Positions 22,101-33,700 of a DNA stretch of 64,000 bases are shown piece after piece. The stretch lies in contig OZ251227.1 in assembly GCA_965240325.2 (NCBI GenBank), forward strand, positions 2,790,001 to 2,854,000. Reading direction: 5' to 3'. Source of the DNA: Rebecca billardiae RCC1528 (taxonomy: Eukaryota > Protista > Haptophyta). Positions within the stretch are counted from its first letter, which is position 1; each line of letters starts with the position of its first letter. Made by a program: the position numbers and the translations under genes. Under the pieces are notes generated by a model that saw only the letters and a program-made list of their open reading frames with translations, made no database searches and was not told the DNA's origin.

Positions 22101-22364
22101 GCCCGCGCGGCGCATCTTGCGGAACATCTGCTTGCGCTTGCGCACGCGCTCCGGGGCGACGCCCGCGCGGCGCGCGACGATCGCCACCGAGTAGGCCACC
22201 TCGCCGTTCATGAAGAGCGGCACGTCAGGGACGTCGAGGTTCGGGTCGCGCGCCGGGCTCGCCGGCGTGCGCGCGAGCGGCCGCGAGTCGCGACGGCCGG
22301 CGAGCGCGCGCGCGCTGCGGCGCCACCGCTTGAGGTAGGCCAGCAGCGACGGCAGCGTCATCAT
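19106..22364 (-). CDS. Anoctamin/TMEM16-family channel or scramblase; introns at 20202-20069, 20004-19854 and 19480-19282, and probably 22326-22258
   Basis: Motifs FSSLQRQRL, YFGDQIALYFEFL, ITEWELHRT.TEFEDSLIVKTFAFQCVNSY..LIYIAF, EMVVQFG|YITLFAIAFP, NNT|VERKTDAWK and IGNW. The GT-AG introns restore a continuous frame to the stop at 19106, and the Ca2+-site acidic residues appear to be retained. The start codon and first intron are less certain. Confidence 0.92.
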
Positions 22365-24054
22365 CGCGCGCGGGGAGTCAGTCGTCTGCGGCGTCACCGC
22401 ACCCGCGGCAAGCACCGGCCGGAGTGGTGCGAATCTTTGCGCACTGTTGGCTTTGGGCTCTTGGCCTGGCGGCTGCACAAGGGGTCCGGATACCGGTATC
22501 GGACCGCCTAGATCAGCGCGGTCGGTGCTCGCGGCGCATGCGGCGTCAGGCGCTCACCGGGCGGCGTGTCGGGCGGGTGCGGATGCAGCTGCTGCCGGAA
22601 CCAGAGCGCCCGGTATGCACGCGGCTGCAGCTCGCTCCAGCGTGCTCTCGCAGGCAGTGAACTTTGGCCGCCCTGCCGGCCGGATTCGTAGGCGCTCGCT
22701 TGGCGGCTGCCGGCGCGCGACAGGCCAGAGCACGAGTATAGCATCCGCGCCACCACGGCGGTGGTGACAGAGAGCACGACGACTGGCGGTGGTGCCGCCG
22801 ATGCCGCGAGCGCGAGCTCAAGCGTGGCCGTGAACGGTGCGAGTAGCGTGCGCAGCGCGCGGAGCGATCAAGCCAGCCCTTCCGAAGAGGAAAAAGGGCG
22901 GCATTGCGGGAGGGGGGGGGGGGGGGGGGGACCGGCAGGCAGCAGCGATGTCGCGCCATCGCTGATCGGACTGACATATAGCTAGCCGGTCGACGTGGCC
23001 ATTGCTCGCGAGAGTATGCTATGAGCCAGATTGCTGCAGCACGCGACCGTGTCAGCCGTGGCCGCTGACCAGTGACCTTGGGTGTCTCACGCAGTGTCCG
23101 CACCTTGTCGTGCGCGCGCAGCCAAGCTCGCGTGTCGCTGTGCAGCCTGCTTCCACTCGAGTGCATGCGCGACACGCGTGTCTCTCCAGCGCTCGACGAG
23201 GACGGGCGGGTCGCGTGCGGATGTAGCGCAGCTGCACACACTCCAATCATCCACGACCGCAACCACCAGCCACGGTCGCCCTGCTGCCAAGCAGACTGCG
23301 CGTGAGCACAAGGCGCGCAAGGGAAGCCATGCGCGCGCCCGCGCGACGTGGTGCCAGTGCGAGTGGCGACGAGGAGGAGGGCGAGCTGGCACCGCACGAG
23401 ATCACTGGGTGATGGCGGGCCGCGGGCTCATCGCGGCCCATCGCACCGTCACTAGCATCCGATGCACCCCCGTCCACCACTCGAACTCATCGCGGCGCGC
23501 CGCGCAGTGCGAGGTTGCTTCCCGCGAGGGCAGCGTGCCCTCAGAGCCCCACGAGGGCACGGTGCCCTCCAGAGGGCACGGTGCCCTCACCTCAGGGCAA
23601 GATTAGAACCACTGCAAGCACCGCCATCGCTCTCGGGGTGCGCTGCATAATCACTTTTTACCCCTGTGACCGTCATTGACTCATTGAAGTTGTTGCACCC
23701 GATATATATTCGCACACCATTTTTTAAATTCCCCTTTATAACGGGCTCCGGGTGATCAGACTGGCGGCCGAAGCCTCCAGCCCTACCCTGGCCAGCCCCC
23801 AACCAACCACCACCCTCACCCAACCTCAAACCACTGACCGATACACCGAGTGCCTTGACACCACTCCGCTGTGGACAGCCCGCCTCCAGAGGGGGCGGGG
23901 GTATGCCATTGCCGACAGCATACAAGCCCAACACTGTGGGGTGGTCCCAGGTACCAGCAGTGCACTGCCTTGCAATTCGAGATCATCGAGTTTGAGCCGA
24001 GTCGGCAGACTGGGCACCCCCTAGGGCGCCCCAGTGTGGGCAGAGGGCCAGCCA

Positions 24055-27000
24055 CTAGCCGATCCCTGCGCGGGGGAGGGGACGGAGGGGGCTGTCAGCG
24101 AGCCCAGTAGCTGGGCCGGGGTCTGGGCCACTGGTCCTGGCAGTGAGGCGCCTGTATTTCACTCGTGCTGCTATGGAGGCAGATGGTGTCATGTCAGACA
24201 TGTGTGCGATATCGGGCATCAAGTCAGGGCGTGGGCCGCTGTAGGACGCAAGCAGAGTGGTGGCGATGGCTAATACGCCTGGGGAGGTGTCGTTTGCGCG
24301 CCTCTTTCTGCTGCTCTTTGCAGGGGGTTGCATACTTCGTTGCGCAGGCTGAGCCTGCCTGCCAGTTGGTGTTAGGATAGGCACATTTGCCTGGTGGGGT
24401 GGGCAGTGTCGTTTGGGCGGGGGGCTGTCTTGCTGAGCTTGACTAGGAGGAGGCAGCCTGCGCCTGGGGGCTGCCAGTGTCTTGGCAGAGCCAGCAGGTG
24501 GCTGTGTGGCCTGCTGTCCAGTGTCTGACTGTGTAATGCCGTTGTGAGCTCCGTGACCAGTGCGACTGCCCGCAGCAGGGTCTGCCTCAATCTCAGGGCC
24601 CCCATGTGTCAACACATTGTCCGACGGACGCACATCGCTGCGAGCCAGTGGGGTAACATATTGGAGCGGCCATGCCACAAGAGGTGTGGCAGGCTGCAGA
24701 GGCCACGCAATCACCATAGGGAGGGGGCGAGCACGCTGTAGGGGCCATGCCCGCAAGAGTAGCTGAGGGCGCACGTGGTGACCGCGCGCTATTGGCTGGT
24801 GCAGGTTGGCCTGCCCCGCGCCTGCCTGCCAGCCCTGGCCAGCCTGGGCAGGGGGTTGCTGCTGGATGACAGGTGGTCCCTGTAACTGATTATTCATGGC
24901 AATCACCCCTCCTGGGCCTGCCTGTGCCTGTGGGGGCGGGGGCTGCCCCCCCTGGTCGTGCCCAGGCGGCGGCCGAAGCTCCCTGGCATGTCGGAGGAGA
25001 CGCCCTGCCTTTGACAGCTGGGAGTCCACGTCCTTGCGGGCCTGCATGATGCCTAGCCCTGCCTTCAGTAAGGCCACGTGCATGGTCCTGCCGAGATGCA
25101 CGTTGCCCCCCACAGTGGTCTTCAGTGTGCTGGGCACCCTGCCCAAGAGGGCAGCCCCAGAGCACACATGTCGCGCCAAGTTCCATGCTGCAGCCTGTCC
25201 CTGCATGAAGGGCTCAATTATATGCGATATGCTTCTGGCAGCAGCCTCGCGGTAGGCATCGACCTCAGGGCACTCGGAGAAGAGGTGGTGTTCAGTATCT
25301 GGCGCTGGATGTAGCAGTGGAGTATGATCACAGAGGGGGCAGGCATCGCTAAATGCAGCCCCGGACTGGAATCGCACAGATAACAACGTCGGGTCTCGCA
25401 GGGCAGCCGGCTGCAGGAACTCATATCCGTGGTGGAGTATGTAGTAGGCAGGCACAGTGCTGGCCTGCCAGGTCCGTAGGATGCCAGTGGAGGCCTCTGG
25501 CCACACGCCAGTCCATTCACCCACCAAGTCACAGCTGGACTTGGTGGCTTGCAGGTGCGTTGCCCTTTGTGACAGCACACTGTCATACACAAGGGGCTTG
25601 ATTCTGCCTGCCACTGGCTCTCCGTTGGCCAGCTGTACCAGCGCATGAGAACCCGCATTTGGGTGGCCACCTCTCTTGTGAGTCACACAGGGGGTTGTGG
25701 GGTCAGAGCAGCATAGCTTGGCCCCAGCATCGCTGCATGCGTTGAGCAGGGTTTTGGGGTTCATCCCTGCTTGGCGCAAAGCCGCCACACTGTGTTGGCT
25801 GACAGTGCAGTGATGGTCCCCCTGAGTGTGAGTGAGGCTGAGGTGTAGCGCTGCAGCATCGTCAGCAGAGTGCGCCTTGACATGCTCAAATGAAGTGGTG
25901 CTGCCATGCATCAAGCGGCGCCAGCCCACCAGGCTCATGACCCTGGCGATGTATGGTGCGTACGCGTGGTGCCCCTGCCGCAGCCGTCGGTCCCAGGGGT
26001 CGTTTTGCCACATTTCGGCGGCCTTTACCATTTCCTGCAGGTCAGTGCACACCAGCAGGTTGGCGGTGGGGTCTATCTGCACCAATGCATCGGTGATGGC
26101 CATGAATTCGGCTGGGCCTGGTGCCTGGTGCCCCTCGAACTTGGAGCAATACACATGCACAGGGGCAGTGTAATTGTTGCCACTGAAGAAGGAAAAGGCA
26201 CATGCAGCCTGTCCGTTCTCTGCATCGAATGAGCCGTCAGTGGCCACCATTAGCATGCCAGGTACAGGAAGTGCCGGCAGATGGCGGGGATTGGGTGGAT
26301 CACAGATAGTGCGCTTGGCGACAGGCACGTGCCCCAGGTACCTGTAGTAGCTCTGGTCGGTCAGGACTGCCCTCAGCATATCCCTCACTGCCAGTATCAC
26401 CGCCGGGCGGGACCTATGTGGCAGTGAGGACAGCTCAGCATAGAACGCAGTGGAGACCATCTGTCTTGGTGGCTGCTGCATGAGCACACCTAGCAACACG
26501 TGCTGGGTACCGTTCACCAGTGAGTGCTCGATCCGGCTGAGCATCTCTCCGTTCGCGTCAGGGAGGCCGCGTGGTGCCAAGCAGGGGAGGGCAGCTGCCC
26601 CTGGCATTGCGGCGAGTCTTGTATATGCCCTGTGGGTCCGGTTTGTGGCCAGCATCCCGAGACCGGGGGCCAGCTGCTGCATCAGCTTGCTGCCGAGGTT
26701 CACTTCGGATGGGAGCAGTGCCCACCCCATGCGTCGTACAGAATTTCTCCCGGTGACGATGGTGGAGGCAAATGTAGAGGCGCCGCGTACGCGCGCCCGC
26801 GCCGGGTGCTCGACTGATTGCAGGGCACCCATGGCTGCCATGGACGTGCGCGCACATAGCCCATGTGGGTCATCTGCCAGGAAGTGGTAGTACGCGTGTG
26901 CCTGGACACTCTCCAGGTGCGCATGTAGATTGATGAGGCCGAGGCCCAGGAACTGGGGAGGAAAGCACGCTGCCTCGTATGCGATGCGCCCTGGCAGGGC

Positions 27001-27466
27001 AGCACTCCTGACCACTGGCTCCACCATGAGGCTCTGCAGCTGGTTGAGTCTGCCCCTGGACATGCCAACCACCTCGCAGAAGTAGAATAATATCGACGTG
27101 ACATCCCACACAGTGAGCAGCTTTTTGGTCTCGGTACAGCAGTCAGCTGCCTGCACCCGCGCGGCGGCTTTGGCCACTCTGGCCTTGAGACTGGCGAACA
27201 TCCTGTCCGTTGCCAGGTGAATGTTGGTCACCACCCCTGCATACGTGAAGTATTCGCCATCCTGCAACGTGTCTATGAGGGCAGCTTGTTTTTAAATTCC
27301 CCTTTATAACGGGCTCCGGGTGATCAGACTGGCGGCCGAAGCCTCCAGCCCTTTGTCCAGTTGCCCTGTTGATGACCTGTATTGGGTCCACCTGTGCGTG
27401 CCCAGGGGGCACATACACTGCCACCTTGGATTTGGGGTAGTTGGGCTCCATATCATAGTACCACAT
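24055..27466 (-). pseudogene. LINE ORF2 remnant (RT end, RNase H, CCHC, low-complexity tail), frameshifted by a 67-bp insertion
   Basis: ORFs 27143-27466 and 24055-27267 join in frame (…INRATGQ-AALIDTLQDGEY…) when 27290-27356 is removed. The RT catalytic core is absent because of the 5' truncation. Confidence 0.85.
27290..27352 (-). repeat. 63-bp exact copy of the LINE 3' terminus (23722-23784) with a 4-bp TTGT duplication
   Basis: The sequence is identical at both sites. TTGT flanks it at 27286-27289 and 27353-27356. Confidence 0.92.
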
Positions 27467-27731
27467 ACTTTACATTGTTGTCAGTATTGAGGACTGGTGG
27501 CCCTTAAACCAGGGCGGATGGAATCGTATAATGGCATTTATAGGCTCCATACACGATTCCCTATATTGACGAACCTGCAAATGCACCCTGCTGTCGTCAG
27601 CGAGAGATGAGTGGCGGTTTCAATGCCCCACTCTATTTTGGGCAGTAAGCAAGCCCGCTGCTGACCATCGAAAGGGCAAGCTGCTCACAACGTTGTTGGC
27701 CAGGAAGCCACGACGCGCGGTTAGTCGCACG

Positions 27732-30700
27732 ATGAGAGTGCCTGCTGTGCTCGCGCGCCGGCCGCCGCCGCGGTCGCTGCTGCTGCTGCTCGCGCTGCTC
27801 ACGGCCTTGGGATCCGCGGCCGCCGACATCGTTCGCGGCGGCACGACCATCCCGACGCCTACGGGCGATGCCAACGCCGCCTCGTTCCTCGGGGATGTCG
27901 ACGGCGACGGCAACGACGAGATTGTCACCTGCGACCGCGACGAGAAGCAGTGCACCATCAACTTCATGAACGACCAGGGCGGGTCGATGTCGCAGCAGAC
28001 GTTTGGCGCTGGGATCGGCGCCGGCTGGACCTCGGCGCCGAGCGGCGTCGGCAAGTTTGGCCAGGAGCCGCGCGGCGTCGACGTGGACGGCGATGGGCGG
28101 CCGGAGCTCATCGTCGGCGACCACCTCAGCGACGTCGTGCACGTGGTGTTCCTCGGCGTCGACGGGAGCGTGAGCTCGAACAAGGTCATCGGCGACTTGC
28201 AGGGCGGCAAGGGTGCCTTCACGCCGAGCTTGTCCTTCGGCCACGGCATCGGCGTGCTCGGCGACGTCGACGGCGACGGCGTCCCCGACATCCTCGTCGG
28301 CGCCTACCTGCAGGGCAGCTCGGGCGTCGCGAACGTGCTGATGCTGAACACGGACGGCAGCGTGTCGGCGGAGGCGCTGATCACATCGTCGTTCACCACG
28401 TCGGGCTTTGGCGCCTCGTGCGGCGGCATCGGCGACTGGGATGCCGACGGCGTGCCCGACGGAATTGTCGCGGCCAGGAGCGACGACTTTTACGGCACGG
28501 ACAGCGGCGCCGCGTACATCCTGCTGCTCAACACGGACGGGACGGTGAAGACGGAGCTGCGCGTCGACCCGGACAGGTACCTGCCCATCGCCTCGCTCGA
28601 CCGCTTCGGCTTCGGTGGCGGCACGAGCGCGCGGCCGCTCGACCTGAACGAGGACGGTTTTGGCGACCTGATCATCGGAGCATACGGCACGGACGACGGC
28701 CAGACGGACGCGGGCGCGGTGTACGTGTGCTACATGAGCGGGTCGCTCAACGGCACGGTGCTCGGGTACGACAAGATCAGCGACATCAGCGGCGGGCTCA
28801 CCGCCGCGACGGGCAGCCTCGTCGCGAACGCGCGCTTCGGCTTCCACACCGATGTGCGCGTGTTCACCAACAGCTCGCTGAACGTGACGCAGGTCGACCT
28901 CCTCGTGGCAGGCCTGCCGCTCGAGAGCAACCCGGGCCGCGTCGTGCACCTGCTCACGCTCGAGACGCCGTCGATCAACTTCGCGCCCAGCAGCCCGCCG
29001 AGCCCGCCGAGCCCGCCGCCGTCGCCGCCGCCGTCGCCGCCGCCAAGCCCGCCGCCGTCGCCGCCGCCGAGCCCGCCGGCGCCGCCGCCGAGCCCGCCGC
29101 CGTCGCCGCCGCCGAGCCCGCCGCCGAGCGACCCGAAGCCGCCGCCATCCCCGCCGCCGTCGCCGCCGCCGAGCCCGCCGCCGAGCGACCCGAAGCCGCC
29201 GCCGTCCCCGCCGCCGTCGCCGCCGCCACCGAGCTCGCCGCCGAGCCCGCCGCCGTCGCCGCCGCCGTCGCCGCCGCCGAGCTCGCCGCCGAGCCCGCCG
29301 CCGTCGCCGCCGCCGAGCCCGCCGCCGAGCTCGCCGCCGAACCCGCCGCCGTCGCCGCCGCCGAGCCCTCCGCCGAGCGACCCGAGCCCGCCGCCGTCTC
29401 CGCCGCCGAGCCCGCCGCCCGCGCCGACCGTGCGCGCGCAGCCCGAGTTCCAGGCGTGCGAGGCCGACCCGTCGACGTGCACGACGCTCGACCTGAGCAG
29501 CCGCGGTCTCACGGGCGACCTGCCCACCGAGCTCGGCGATCTGACCGCGCTCAACGAGCTCAAGGCGAATGGGAACGCTCTCACGGGCCCGCTCCCGACC
29601 GAGCTCGGCCGGCTGACGAACCTCACCACGCTGCGGCTCAGCGCGAACGCGCTCAGCGGCGCGGCGCTGCCAGCCAGCGTCTTCGCCAACCTGAGCGCGC
29701 TCGCGCACCTCGACCTGTCCGACAACCCGCTCAGCGGCTCGGTGCCGACCGAGCTCGGCGTGTGGATGCCCGCGCTCACGTCCGCCCGGCTCGGCCTGTG
29801 GTACGGCAGCGCGGTCGTGATGACGGGCACGGTGCCCTCGGAGCTCGGGCTGCTCACGCGGATGGTGGACTTCACGCTCGCTGCCAACGACATCACGGGC
29901 ACCGTGCCGTCGGAGCTCGGCCTGTTCACCGCCATCAGCAACCTCGAGCTCGGGCGCAACTCGCTCACCGGCACGCTGCCGCCCGAGCTCTTCGCGGGCA
30001 AGACGGATCTGGTCAGGGTCATGCTGAGTGCCTCCTTCATCAGTGGGACGCTGCCGGCCGAGCTCGCGCAGGCCACGGCGCTCACGACGCTCGACTTCAG
30101 CTGGACCAGCATGAGCGGCCCGCTCAATGGCTCGACGCTCATCGCCCTGCCCGCGCTCGCTCACCTGGACTTGAGCGGCACGTCCGTGTCGGGCACGCTC
30201 CCGACTGAGATCGGCGTGCTCACCTTGCTGACGTACCTCGACTTTGACAGGGCGTCGATGAGCGGCGCGCTGCCGACCCAGATCGGCCTGCTCACTGCGC
30301 TCAAGCACAGCGTCTTCAACCTGAACTCGCTCAGCGGCGCGGTGCCCACCGAGCTCGGGCTGTGCACCGTGCTCACGAACATTGACCTCGGCTCCAACGC
30401 GCTGAGCGGGCAGCTCCCCACCCACCTCGGGCTGCTCACTTCGCTGACGAGGGCCGACTTTGCCCTCAACGCGCTGACCGGCGCGCTGCCCGGCGAGGTC
30501 GGGCTGCTCACCGCGCTGACCAGGCTCGACGTCGTGAACAACTCGCTCGCCGGAGCGCTGCCGACCCAGCTCGGGCTGCTCACCGCGCTCAAATTCCTCG
30601 GGCTCGAGGCCAACGCGCTGACCGGCGCGCTGCCCAGCCAGGTCGGGCTCCTCACCGCGCTCACGTCGCTGCAGTGCGGCGCCAACTCGCTGAACGGTAC

Positions 30701-33700
30701 GCTGCCCAGCCAGATCGGCGATTGCACTGCGCTGACCACGCTCGACCTGTACGACAACTCGCTACTCGGCCCGGTGCCGCCCGAGATCGGCCAGCTCACC
30801 GCGCTCACCCTCCTCGGCCTTCGGCGCAACTCGCTGACCGGCGCCGTGCCCAACGAGCTCGGGCTCCTCACCGCTCTGACCAGCCTGGACTGGTACACCA
30901 ACTCGCTGAGCGGCGCGCTGCCCAGCCAGATCGGCAACCTCACCGCGCTCGAGAGCATCGACTTCGAGTCCAACTCGCTCACCGGCACGCTGCCCAGCGC
31001 GGTCGGGCTCCTCACCGCGCTCACCAAGCTCGACTTCGACTGGAACTCGCTCACGGGCATCTTGCCGAGCGAAGTCGGGCTGCTGACCGCGCTGACCAAG
31101 ATGGCCTTTGCAGAGAACAGCCTGACCGGCACGATCTACCCACAGATTGGCTTGCTCACCGAGCTGGCGTACATCGACTTTGAGTCCAACTCGCTCACAG
31201 GCACCTTGCCGAGCGAGACCGGGCTGCTCACCAAGCTGGCGTACCTCGACCTGTACGACAACACGCTCTCCGGCACGCTGCCCACCGAGACAGGCCTTCT
31301 CACGGCCCTCGAGCTGCTCGACCTGTGGGGCAGCTCGCTCACCGGCACCCTGCCCGTCCAGATCGGCCTGCTCACCGCGCTCGAGTACTTCGACCTCCAC
31401 TTCAACAGGCTGACGGCCGCGGTGCCGACCGAGATTGGCAGCCTGACCGCGCTGACCGGGCTCAGGCTGGACGACAACTCGTTTTCAGGCGCAGTGCCCG
31501 TCGAGACTGGCCAGCTCACCGTGCTGGAACTCCTCCGGCTCGACGAGAACTCGCTGACCAACACGCTGCCCGCAGAGATCGGCAGCCTCACCGCGCTGAC
31601 CTACCTCGACGTGGAGGTGAACGCTCTCAACGGCACGATCCCCGTCGCCATCTCGCAGCTCACGGCGATGAAATGGCTCGTCCTCAGCGATAACGCGTTC
31701 ACGGGCTCACTGCCGAGCGAGCTGGGGCTGCTGACGCAGCTCCTCTTCATCAACGTCGAGTACAACCAGCTGGGTGGCTCGATCCCGAGCGAGCTCGGCG
31801 TGCTGACGTCGATGACCTACCTCGACTTTGAGGACAACACCCTGGTCGGTCCGGTGCCCACCGAGATCGGCCTGCTGACCGGGTTGACGTTCCTCGACTT
31901 CTACGTCAACCTGCTGACGTCCTCCATCCCGACCGAGATCGGGCAGCTGACGGGGGTCACCTACCTCGACTTTGACGACAACAGCATGTCGGGAGGGCTG
32001 CCCAGCACCCTGGGGCTGCTCACGGCGATGGACAAGTTCTACATCGACGGCAACCCCGACGTGGTCGGCACGATCCCGACAGAGATTGCTGCGCTCACCG
32101 CGCTCACCTACTTTGGCACGTCCGGCTCAGGCGTGTGCGGCGACCTGGCCCTGCTGGGGCTCAACGGCTCGGGCATCATCTACCCGGACCCGCTGCCCGT
32201 GTGCTTGTCGCCGCCGCCGTCGCCGCCACCGCCGCCGCCGCCGCCGCCGCCCAACGTGGTGCTCGCCGAGGTGAAGATCGCGCCCGGCTCGAACGGCAAG
32301 GCCAGCCTCACCGCCGGCAACGAGCAGCGCTTTGGCTTTGGCGTCGCCGGCATCGGCGACCTCGACGGCGACGGCGTGCCCGACGCGATGGTGGGCGCCA
32401 TCACGGAGGACGTCGGCGGCTGGAACCGCGGCGCGGCGTACGTGCTCTTCATGAACAGCAACGGCACGGTCAAGTCCGAGCAGCGGATCGGCGGCGACTC
32501 CGGCGGGCTCGCGTACGATTTTCCTCTCGACTCGCAGTTTGGCATCGGCATGGACGCGATCGGCGACCTCGACGGCGACGGGATCACCGAGCTGGTGGTG
32601 AGCGAGAAAGCCGCGGACGACAAGGGCGCGATCTTCGTGCTGTTCATGCACCAGAACGGCACGGTGAGGGAGTACACGCGCCTCGCCGACGGTGTCGGCC
32701 CGCTGGTGCTGCCGGCGAGCGCGTACTTCGGCTACGGCCTCAGCGGCCTTGGTGACCTGGACGGCGACGGCGTGCCCGACCTGGCCGCGGGCGGGATCAA
32801 GTATCTGTCGTCGAGCCAGGGCGCGCTGTCTGTGATGTTCCTCAACACCGACGGCACCATCAAGGCGATCGAGACGATCACGATGGGCGTGGGCGGCTTC
32901 AACGCCACGCTGGGGAGCACCGACGAGTTTGGCAAGGACCTGGACGCGCTGGGCGACGTGAACGGGGACGGCATCGTCGACCTGCTGGTCGGCGCGCCGG
33001 GCGACGGCACGGGCGGCACGACGGACCGCGGCGCGGCGTACGTGCTCTTCCTGAACACGACAGGCCGCGCGAAGGGCTACTACAAGCTCACGCCCGGCGT
33101 CGACCTCCCCGCCGTGGCCGATGGCACGTTTGTGGGGCGCGGCGTGGGCGGCGCGGGCGACCTCGACGGCGACGGCGTGCCCGACGCTCTGGTCGGCGCG
33201 CCCGGGCCGGCGTCGAGCGGCGGCGCGCTGTACGTGGTGTACCTCAACGCCGACGGCAGCGCGAAGCACGTGGACACGATCGCCGACGGCTTTGGCGGCT
33301 TCGTCGGGCCGCTCAGCCTGGACGACAACTTCGGGGCGCGCGTGCGTCTGCTCGGTGACCTCGACGGTGCCGGCAGTGCGCCAGAGATCATCGTCGGCGC
33401 GCACGGGGACGACGACGCCAACTGGGGCCAAGGCGCAGTGTATGTGCTCTCGCTGTCGGGCTACTTCCCGCCGAGCCCGCCGCCGAGCCCGCCGCCGAGC
33501 CCGCCGCCGCCGCCGCCGCCGGTGTGCTCCTCCTTTCCGAGCAGGCTGGAGTGTCAGGAGTCCTACGTCAACTGCACCACGATCAATTCCACCTGCACGA
33601 AGCTGTGCGCGCGCGAGCGCGGCGGCGCGCGCCGGCTGTGCGAGGGCGAGCGCGCGCGTAGGCGTGCCCCGCCCCGCCGTGCGTCGCACGCGCCGCGATG

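Larger units (their letters stand above)
23720..27470 (-). mobile_element. 5'-truncated non-LTR retrotransposon (LINE) with RNase H
   Basis: RT C-terminal region (PNYPKSKV...YFTYAGV) and GLGLINL. RNase H (VATDGS...AEF...CTD...HVKAHS...NACSD) and a CCHC knuckle (CPLC...HLFSEC). The 3' end has a short A-run at 23720-23725, and GC is lower than in host genes. No TSD found, so the 5' boundary is approximate. Confidence 0.88.

Noticed and set aside
22912-22930. 19-nt G homopolymer upstream of anoctamin
   Set aside because: It could form a G-quadruplex, but there is no supporting context and homopolymer length is error-prone.
22480-23500. Several 70-280-aa ORFs between anoctamin and the LINE
   Set aside because: They have no recognisable motifs or consistent codon bias and are expected by chance at this GC content.
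23722-27352. The 63-bp direct repeats as LTRs or DIRS-type split repeats, or as a hammerhead ribozyme
   Set aside because: RT-like coding sequence continues beyond the second copy, which has its own 4-bp duplication, and there are no TG..CA ends or tyrosine recombinase. CTGATCA lacks the CUGANGA/GAAA hammerhead core.
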